64,000 bases of DNA from Ignavibacteriales bacterium (lineage in GTDB: Bacteria > Bacteroidota > Ignavibacteria > Ignavibacteriales > SURF-24). Both the position numbers and the translations under genes were made by a program. This document shows, piece after piece, positions 57,363-64,000 of this stretch. Below the pieces are notes generated by a model. That model ran no database searches. It saw only the letters and a program-made list of their open reading frames with translations, and was not told the DNA's origin. The first letter of the stretch is position 1. The number at the start of each line of letters is the position of its first letter. The stretch covers positions 40,181 to 104,180 of the forward strand of contig QZKB01000148.1 in assembly GCA_003599415.1 (NCBI GenBank), written 5' to 3'.

Positions 57363-58850
57363 ATGGCAGTAACAAGCAGCGGAACCGTTTCAGTAAATGG
57401 TTCTAAAAATGGAAACGGTGTTAACTACTCAAATGCGTTTATTGTAGTTACATCATTATTCTTTATGTGGGGATTTATCACCTGCTTAAATGATATCCTT
57501 ATTCCTCATCTTAAAGCAGTATTCGACCTGAATTATACGCAGGTAATGTTAATTCAGTTTACCTTTTTTACTGCCTATGCAATTATATCATTACCATCAG
57601 GAATGCTGGTTGAGAAGATAGGTTATAAAAGTGGAATTATTATCGGGCTTCTTGTTGCTGGTTTGGGATGCGTCCTGTTTTACCCGGCTGCAGGTTCTCG
57701 TTCATATGCAATATTTTTACTTGCTCTTTTTGTGCTTGCTTCAGGCATTACATTGCTTCAGGTTGCCGCCAATCCTTACGTTGCCATCCTCGGTAAACCG
57801 GAAACAGCATCAAGCCGTTTGAATCTATCGCAGGCATTTAATTCACTTGGAACAACTATCGCTCCAATTTTTGGTTCAATTTTAATTTTAGGAGTTGCAG
57901 TAAAAGGTGCGGACGAATTAGCAAAGATGAGCATGACAGAAGTTGAAGCATACAAATTAGCTGAAGCAAGTTCTGTCCAGGTACCATATCTCGGATTAGC
58001 GGCAGCGTTGGTTTTGATTGCTATTATTTTTGCTTTGTTTAAACTTCCTAAAATTGAAGCGGCATCTGTTCCGGCTAGCAACAGCGCCGGCGACAGCTAT
58101 GATAATTTACATAAAAGCGCATGGGGATATAGACATCTTGTACTGGGCGCCGTAGCAATTTTTGTTTATGTCGGTGGCGAAGTTTCTATCGGAAGTTTCC
58201 TTGTAAATTATTTTAAGGAATTACTTGGAATGCCTGAAGTTGAAGCCGGCAAGTACGTTGCCCTTTACTGGGGTGGTGCTATGATTGGAAGATTCTTCGG
58301 CTCTATAACTTTATCTGATATGACTGATATCAAAAAGAAAAATATTTATGTGGCGCTTGTATTTGTACTCGCTCTTGCACTTGCTTTATATGTAACAAAA
58401 GAATACCAGACCGGCGGATTCACAAGCACATTAACTTTCCTTGTAATGGTTGTGATTAATTATATCGCATTCAACATTGGCAAAAGACAACCCGGAAGAA
58501 CACTTGCAATTCTGGCAGTTGTTGCGGCAATACTTGTAATTGTTTCAATGTTAACTTACGGTCATGTAGCTATGTACTCAATTCTTGCGGTTGGATTATT
58601 TAACTCAATTATGTTTCCAACAATATTTACCCTTGCTATTGATGGACTTGGAAAACATACAGGTCAGGGTTCAGGAATTCTTTGTACCGCTATTGTTGGT
58701 GGTGCTATAATTCCGGTTGCACAGGGATTCTTTGCAGATAACATCGGAATTCACCATGCATTCTTCCTCCCGGTACTGTGCTATGCATACATAGCTTATT
58801 ACGGCGTTAAGGGACATATTCCTTCATTCTTAAAACCATCTAAGGCATAA
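57363..58850 (+). CDS. MFS glucose/galactose transporter (GluP/FucP family)
   Basis: [20 protein letters not shown]; [10 protein letters not shown]; [14 protein letters not shown]; YVGGEV; NSIMFPTIF. Confidence 0.93.
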   Translation: MAVTSSGTVSVNGSKNGNGVNYSNAFIVVTSLFFMWGFITCLNDILIPHLKAVFDLNYTQVMLIQFTFFTAYAIISLPSGMLVEKIGYKSGIIIGLLVAGLGCVLFYPAAGSRSYAIFLLALFVLASGITLLQVAANPYVAILGKPETASSRLNLSQAFNSLGTTIAPIFGSILILGVAVKGADELAKMSMTEVEAYKLAEASSVQVPYLGLAAALVLIAIIFALFKLPKIEAASVPASNSAGDSYDNLHKSAWGYRHLVLGAVAIFVYVGGEVSIGSFLVNYFKELLGMPEVEAGKYVALYWGGAMIGRFFGSITLSDMTDIKKKNIYVALVFVLALALALYVTKEYQTGGFTSTLTFLVMVVINYIAFNIGKRQPGRTLAILAVVAAILVIVSMLTYGHVAMYSILAVGLFNSIMFPTIFTLAIDGLGKHTGQGSGILCTAIVGGAIIPVAQGFFADNIGIHHAFFLPVLCYAYIAYYGVKGHIPSFLKPSKA

Positions 58851-58855
58851 GCATT

Positions 58856-59821
58856 ATGAAGGAAGTAACTCTTGGTATTGATATCGGCGGTACTAATACC
58901 GTCTTCGGTTTTGTTGATAAGGAAGGTAACTGTATCTCAGATTCTTCAATTCCTACTAATGCACATGAAGAAGCTGAATTATTGTTCTCAAGATTATTCG
59001 CTAAGGTTAAGGATATGCTTGCAGGATTATCCGGAGAATATAAAATGATTGGTATTGGTGTTGGCGCACCAAATGCAAATTATTATCACGGAACAGTTGA
59101 ACAGCCGCCCAACCTAAGCTGGGATATTGTTAATGTTCTGGATATAATAAAAAAATATTATGACGTTCCTTCTGCAATTACAAATGATGCTAACGCGGCT
59201 GCAATTGGTGAAATGCAGTTCGGTGCTGCAAAAGGAATGAAAGACTTTATTGTAATTACTCTTGGTACGGGATTAGGAAGCGGTATTGTTGTAAATGGTG
59301 AATTGGTTTATGGGCACGATGGCTTTGCAGGTGAAATCGGGCATACAATTGTCGATCCTGCAGGCAGGCAGTGCGGCTGCGGCAGAAAGGGATGCCTTGA
59401 AACTTATGCTTCAGCATCAGGCATTAGGAGAACGGTTTATGAACTACTTTGTAATTCAATGGAACCAAGTTTATTAAGAAAAATTCCTTTTGAAGATCTT
59501 ACTTCCAAAATGATTTACGATGCAGCCGTTGAAGGTGATAAATTGGCGCTTGAAGCTTTTGATTATACTGCTAAAGTTCTTGCACTAAAACTTGTTGATG
59601 CTGTTGCCCATACAAGTCCTGAAGCAATTATTCTTTTTGGAGGATTGGCTGCAGCGGGCGACCTTATCTTTGTGCCGACAAAAAAATATATGGAAGAGTT
59701 TATGCTCAATATTTTTAAGAACAAGGTTAAACTTATTCCTTCTGCTTTAACAAAAGGAAATACTGCTGTTCTTGGTGCAAGCGCACTTATCTGGAACGAA
59801 CTTGAAAAGTTGAAAAAGTAA
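58856..59821 (+). CDS. ROK-family sugar kinase (glucokinase-like)
   Basis: GIDIGGT; NDANAAAIGE; TLGTGLGSG; GEIGH; CGCGRKGCLETY. Confidence 0.93.
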   Translation: MKEVTLGIDIGGTNTVFGFVDKEGNCISDSSIPTNAHEEAELLFSRLFAKVKDMLAGLSGEYKMIGIGVGAPNANYYHGTVEQPPNLSWDIVNVLDIIKKYYDVPSAITNDANAAAIGEMQFGAAKGMKDFIVITLGTGLGSGIVVNGELVYGHDGFAGEIGHTIVDPAGRQCGCGRKGCLETYASASGIRRTVYELLCNSMEPSLLRKIPFEDLTSKMIYDAAVEGDKLALEAFDYTAKVLALKLVDAVAHTSPEAIILFGGLAAAGDLIFVPTKKYMEEFMLNIFKNKVKLIPSALTKGNTAVLGASALIWNELEKLKK

Positions 59822-59892
59822 AGCGATTAATTATCTTTATAAAATATTAACTAAAGAATAACAGAATTTTAAATAACAATTAAGAGTTCAAT

Positions 59893-61722
59893 ATGACAAG
59901 AAAATTTTATTTCACCATTCTGCTAAGTGCAATCCTTTTGATGGGATTTGCCGGAGAAACAAGCATGGAAAAGAAAAGTGATGACAAAGCTATAAATAAA
60001 AAAGTTAAAGAGCTTATTTCTAAAATGTCGCTTGATGAAAAGGTTGGTCAAATGACACAGGTTGATTACAGTGCCATAAAAGAGAATCTTGACGACATTA
60101 GGAAATATTATATCGGCTCAATCCTTTGGGGTGGTGATACTGAGATTGATGATCTTTCACCTGCAGGCTGGGCTAAAGTTGCAGAGCAGCTTCAGTCTTA
60201 TGCATTACAAACTCCATTAAAAATTCCTTTGCTTACAGGTATTGATGCTGTGCACGGGCATAACAATGTTAACGGCGCTGTAATCTTTCCGCATAACATT
60301 GGATTAGGCTGCACACGTAATGCAAAACTTGTGGAAAAAGCCGCGGCAGTTACAGCCGAAGAAGTTGCGGGAACAGGAATTAACTGGACCTTTGCACCCT
60401 GTGTTGCAGTAGTTCGCGATGAAAGATGGGGAAGAACTTATGAGGGTTTTGGTGAAACACCTGAACTTGCAAAGATGATGGGCGCTGCTTATGTAAAAGG
60501 TTTGCAGGGCAAATCTCTTGCTGCCAATACTTCAATTCTTTCCTGTACAAAACATTATATGGGTGACGGTGGTACAACAGGTGGAAAAGACCAGGGCAAT
60601 ACTGAAATTGATGAAAAAACATTACGTAAGCTTCACCTTGCAGGTTATATTGATGCAATAAAAGCCGGTACAGGATCAATCATGGCGTCTTACAACAGCT
60701 GGAACGGTGAACAACTCCATGGTCACAAGTATCTTCTTACTGATGTGTTAAAAAAAGAACTTGGCTTTAAAGGATTTATAGTTTCCGATTATGCTGCTAT
60801 AGATAAATTACCCGGCACCGGTTACAAGGAACAAATAGAAAAATCAATTAATGCCGGAATGGATATGGCAATGATTCCTAACGGACATGGAAAGAAAAAC
60901 AGCTACCTCGACTATATTACCTTCCTTAAAGAGCTTGTTAATGAGGGTAAAGTTCCTATGACAAGAATTGATGATGCGGTAGCAAGAATTCTTAAAGTTA
61001 AACTTCAGATGGATTTATTCAATAAAAAAACCGTTGATAATAACTTACTTGCAAAAGTCGGAAGTGAAGAGCACAGAAAAGTTGCAAGAGAATGCGTAAG
61101 ACAATCGCTGGTTCTGTTAAAGAATGATAACAAAACTCTACCGCTGAAAAAAAATCTTAATAAAATTTTTGTTGCAGGCAGCAGTGCAGATGATCTTGGT
61201 AACCAGTGCGGTGGTTGGACAATAACCTGGCAGGGTAAAAGCGGAAAAGTTATGGATGGCGGAACTACTGTTCTTGATGCAATTAAAAATTCAGTTCCTG
61301 AAAAAACTATTGTTACTTATTCAAAAGACGGTACCGGTGCAGAGGGATATGATGTTGCTGTTGTTGTAATTGGTGAAAAACCTTATGCTGAAATGTTCGG
61401 CGATAAACAGAATTTGGCACTTTCAGAGGAAGATATAAAAACTATTAAGAATGCTAAAACTGCAGGTATACCTGTGGTTGCTGTTTTATTTTCAGGCAGG
61501 CCAATGTTAATTGATGAAGTTCTGAAAGATTGCAACGCCTTTGTAGCTGCCTGGTTACCGGGAACTGAAGGCCAGGGTATAACGGATGTTCTATTTGGAG
61601 ACTTTAAACCTGTAGGCAAACTTTCGCATACCTGGGCAAAAAACATGGATCAGATTCCTTTAAATAAAGGAGATAAAAATATTAAACCGTTATTCCCATA
61701 TGGATACGGATTAAGTTATTAA
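59893..61722 (+). CDS. Periplasmic GH3 beta-glucosidase / exo-beta-1,3(4)-glucanase (two-domain, ExoI-like)
   Basis: DAVHGHNN; FPHNIGLG; RDERWGRTYEG; KHYMGDGGT; MASYNSWNG; VSDY; QCGGWTITWQG; GEKPYAE; AWLPGTEG; PLFPYGYGLSY. Confidence 0.93.
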   Translation: MTRKFYFTILLSAILLMGFAGETSMEKKSDDKAINKKVKELISKMSLDEKVGQMTQVDYSAIKENLDDIRKYYIGSILWGGDTEIDDLSPAGWAKVAEQLQSYALQTPLKIPLLTGIDAVHGHNNVNGAVIFPHNIGLGCTRNAKLVEKAAAVTAEEVAGTGINWTFAPCVAVVRDERWGRTYEGFGETPELAKMMGAAYVKGLQGKSLAANTSILSCTKHYMGDGGTTGGKDQGNTEIDEKTLRKLHLAGYIDAIKAGTGSIMASYNSWNGEQLHGHKYLLTDVLKKELGFKGFIVSDYAAIDKLPGTGYKEQIEKSINAGMDMAMIPNGHGKKNSYLDYITFLKELVNEGKVPMTRIDDAVARILKVKLQMDLFNKKTVDNNLLAKVGSEEHRKVARECVRQSLVLLKNDNKTLPLKKNLNKIFVAGSSADDLGNQCGGWTITWQGKSGKVMDGGTTVLDAIKNSVPEKTIVTYSKDGTGAEGYDVAVVVIGEKPYAEMFGDKQNLALSEEDIKTIKNAKTAGIPVVAVLFSGRPMLIDEVLKDCNAFVAAWLPGTEGQGITDVLFGDFKPVGKLSHTWAKNMDQIPLNKGDKNIKPLFPYGYGLSY

Positions 61723-61734
61723 TAAAGTTTTAGG

Positions 61735-61771
61735 TGTTCTCTTTCCTTCTTTAATGTAAGGAAAGAGAACA
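61735..61771 (+). terminator. 14-bp stem hairpin directly after the GH3 stop
   Basis: TGTTCTCTTTCCTT ... AAGGAAAGAGAACA. Confidence 0.6.
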
Positions 61772-61796
61772 TAATAATAAGAGCCTCTCCTCCTCC

Positions 61797-61863
61797 TAAA
61801 ACCACCTCTTAATCCTTCCCCTAAGAATGAATGGCAATATACAAGAGGTGGTTTTACTTTTTT
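61797..61863 (+). terminator. Second 14-bp inverted repeat followed by a T-run
   Basis: TAAAACCACCTCTT (61797-61810) / AAGAGGTGGTTTTA (61843-61856), then CTTTTTT. Confidence 0.55.
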
Positions 61864-61897
61864 CTTAAGCAGGTAACCTGCTTAGTTATTAAGGAGA

Positions 61898-62017
61898 GAT
61901 TAAGATTGAATTAAGAGTAAGATTAAAAGCAAGAGTAAGTGTAAGATTATGAGTAAGAAAGAAAAATAATTTATAATTCCTGTTCTTACTCTTACTCTTA
62001 CTCCTGCTCTTACTCTT
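61898..62017. repeat. Degenerate GAGTAA/GATTAA hexamer tandem array followed by its inverted (TTACTC)n counterpart
   Basis: About 10 units at 61898-61956 and 5 inverted units at 61986-62015. Confidence 0.8.
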
Positions 62018-62076
62018 TTTTATATTCTAACTTGTAAATTAATTATTGACAACTCACAGTTTAAGTCGAGGTTAAA

Positions 62077-64000
62077 ATGAACATAAGGCCAAACAATATT
62101 CTTTCGGTTCTTCTGTTATTAATGCTTCTGTCTCTTCAATCATTTGCACAACAAAAGTCCTTTGAAGCAAGAGTTGATTCAATTCTTTCGCTAATGACCC
62201 TGGAAGAAAAAGCCGGGCAGTTAAACCAGCTTTCAAGCGGGCTTGGTATGGGACCTGTAATAGGTCAGGATGATCTTGCCGCTCAGAAAAAATTAGTAAG
62301 AGAAGGAAAAGTCGGCTCACTGTTTAATGCAATTGGCGCCGGGCTTACAGGAGAATTACAAAAAGTTGCGGTTGAAGAATCAAGATTAAAAATTCCTCTT
62401 ATCTTTGGACAGGATGTTATTCATGGATTCAAAACAATTTTTCCAATTCCACTTGCAGAAGCAAGTTCATGGGACCTGAAGGCGGTTGAGTTATCTGCAA
62501 AGATAGCTGCTAAGGAAGCATCTGCATCCGGTTTGCACTGGACGTTTGCACCAATGGTTGATATTGCCCGCGACCCGCGCTGGGGAAGAATTGCTGAAGG
62601 ATCCGGTGAAGATACCTACCTGGGTTCTTTAATGGCTGCCGCAAGAGTAAAAGGTTTTCAGGGCGATTTGAAAAACACAAGTAATATTCTTGCCTGTACG
62701 AAACATTATGCGGCTTACGGTGGTGCGGAAGCCGGAAGAGATTACAACACAGTTGATATGACGGAAAGAACTTTAAGAGGAGTATATCTTCCTCCTTATA
62801 AAGCAACGGTAGATGCAGGTGTAAGAAGTTTTATGTGTAGCTTTAATGAACTTGACGGCATTCCGTCTTCAGCAAACAAATGGCTCTTAGATGATGTGCT
62901 GCGGAACGAGTGGAAGTTTGATGGTATGATTGTAAGCGATTGGAATTCTGTTGGTGAACTTGTTACACATGGAGTTGCATCTGATTTAAGTGAAGCCGCT
63001 GTGTTGGCTTTAAATGCAGGTGTTGATATGGACATGGAATCCCGCGCTTATATTGGAAATATCGTTCAACTTGTTAAAGACGGAAAGCTTTCTGTTGCTG
63101 TTGTTGATGAAGCCGTAAAGAGAATTTTAAGAATGAAATTTGAATATGGCTTGTTTGATGATCCTTACAGAAACTGTGACAAGAATCGCGAGAAGACTGA
63201 TGTCCTTTCGAAAGAAAATAAAGATGCCGCGCTTGATGTTGCCCGTAAATCTGTTGTCCTTCTGAAAAATGAAAATCATCTTTTGCCTTTGAAAAAAGAT
63301 CTGAAGAAAATTGCGCTTATAGGTCCTTTGGCAAATAATTATACTGATATGCTTGGTTCCTGGACTTGCATGGGAGATTCATCCAATGTTGTTCCTTTAC
63401 TGGAAGGAATTAAAAATAAAGTAAATGCATCAACTGAAATTATTTATACAAAGGGCTGCGAGATAAAAGGAACTGACAAAGAGGGTTTTAAAGAAGCAAT
63501 TGATGTTGCAAACAAATCTGATGTTGTTATTCTTGCACTTGGTGAAAGTGGCTGGATGAGCGGTGAAGCTGAAAGCAGGTCGTCTTTAGATTTACCGGGT
63601 GTGCAGGAAGATCTTGCAAAAGAAATATTTAAAACAGGCAAACCCGTAGTTGTTGTATTAATGAATGGAAGACCATTATCAATAGGCTGGATTGCAGAAA
63701 ATATTCCTGCAGTAGTTGAAGGATGGTTCCTTGGTATTCAGGCAGGTAATGCCCTAGCTGATGTTTTATTTGGAGATTATAATCCGGGCGGAAAATTACC
63801 GGCAACATTTCCAAGAACAGTAGGACAGGTTCCTATTCATTATAATCATAAGAATACAGGCAGACCGGCAAACGATCTTGTTAAATGGAATTCCAAATAC
63901 AACGATTTACCTATTGGTCCGTTATATCCTTTTGGCTATGGATTAAGTTATACAACTTTTGAATACAGCAAACCTGTCTTAAGTTCAGGTAAAATTAAGG
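62077..64000 (+). CDS. bglX: Periplasmic GH3 beta-glucosidase BglX-like, 3'-truncated by the window edge
   Basis: Absent from the ORF track (no stop). Manual translation MNIRPNNILSVLLLLMLLSLQSFAQQKSFEARVDSILSLMTLEEKAGQLNQ...QDVIHGFKTIFPIPL...FAPMVDIARDPRWGRIAEGSGED...KHYAAYGGAEAGRDYN...VSDW...PLYPFGYGLSYTTFEYS. Confidence 0.88.
   Translation, partial: MNIRPNNILSVLLLLMLLSLQSFAQQKSFEARVDSILSLMTLEEKAGQLNQLSSGLGMGPVIGQDDLAAQKKLVREGKVGSLFNAIGAGLTGELQKVAVEESRLKIPLIFGQDVIHGFKTIFPIPLAEASSWDLKAVELSAKIAAKEASASGLHWTFAPMVDIARDPRWGRIAEGSGEDTYLGSLMAAARVKGFQGDLKNTSNILACTKHYAAYGGAEAGRDYNTVDMTERTLRGVYLPPYKATVDAGVRSFMCSFNELDGIPSSANKWLLDDVLRNEWKFDGMIVSDWNSVGELVTHGVASDLSEAAVLALNAGVDMDMESRAYIGNIVQLVKDGKLSVAVVDEAVKRILRMKFEYGLFDDPYRNCDKNREKTDVLSKENKDAALDVARKSVVLLKNENHLLPLKKDLKKIALIGPLANNYTDMLGSWTCMGDSSNVVPLLEGIKNKVNASTEIIYTKGCEIKGTDKEGFKEAIDVANKSDVVILALGESGWMSGEAESRSSLDLPGVQEDLAKEIFKTGKPVVVVLMNGRPLSIGWIAENIPAVVEGWFLGIQAGNALADVLFGDYNPGGKLPATFPRTVGQVPIHYNHKNTGRPANDLVKWNSKYNDLPIGPLYPFGYGLSYTTFEYSKPVLSSGKIK

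Noticed and set aside
6396-61646. Remaining short (60-120 aa) ORFs overlapping long CDSs
   Set aside because: All are nested in, overlap or lie antisense to well-supported genes, with no recognisable motifs.
61898-62017. Possible CRISPR array
   Set aside because: Units are 6 bp with no unique spacers, and no cas genes are in the window.
62072-63814. Five short minus-strand ORFs in the track
   Set aside because: Antisense to the edge-truncated BglX-like CDS starting at 62077.

Overview
AT-rich bacterial DNA with features typical of Ignavibacteriota / Bacteroidota-Chlorobiota relatives. The evidence is eleven proteins ending in type IX secretion (T9SS) C-terminal sorting domains (CTDs) of the 'NYPNPFN...SGIYFY...KKMILxK' type or a variant, plus a PorV-like barrel; the taxon is inferred, not proven. 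Most of the window (10.2-64 kb) is one large beta-glucan/glycan utilisation region with no SusD-like gene. It holds a TonB-dependent receptor + large T9SS protein + PorV-like triad, and secreted GH16 (x2), GH9, GH148-like, GH2 and CE2-like enzymes. It also holds two multidomain secreted phosphoesterases, a VTC-DUF4956-CotH module, SSS and MFS sugar transporters, a ROK kinase, GH125 and two GH3s. Two regulons can be read directly from the DNA. The first is an orphan solute-binding protein/histidine kinase/NtrC system with three sigma-54-like promoters, each preceded by a tandem pair of 17-bp palindromes. The second is a beta-propeller kinase/NarL pair with four conserved 18-bp boxes at a fixed promoter position. 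The left 10 kb is a separate uncharacterised operon: two TANFOR-like large proteins, an FN3 repeat protein and an outer-membrane beta-barrel. Small REP-like palindromes are inserted in frame in three T9SS CTD coding regions. I saw no rRNA, tRNA, CRISPR array or transposase. All family calls come from motif recognition by eye, without database searches.
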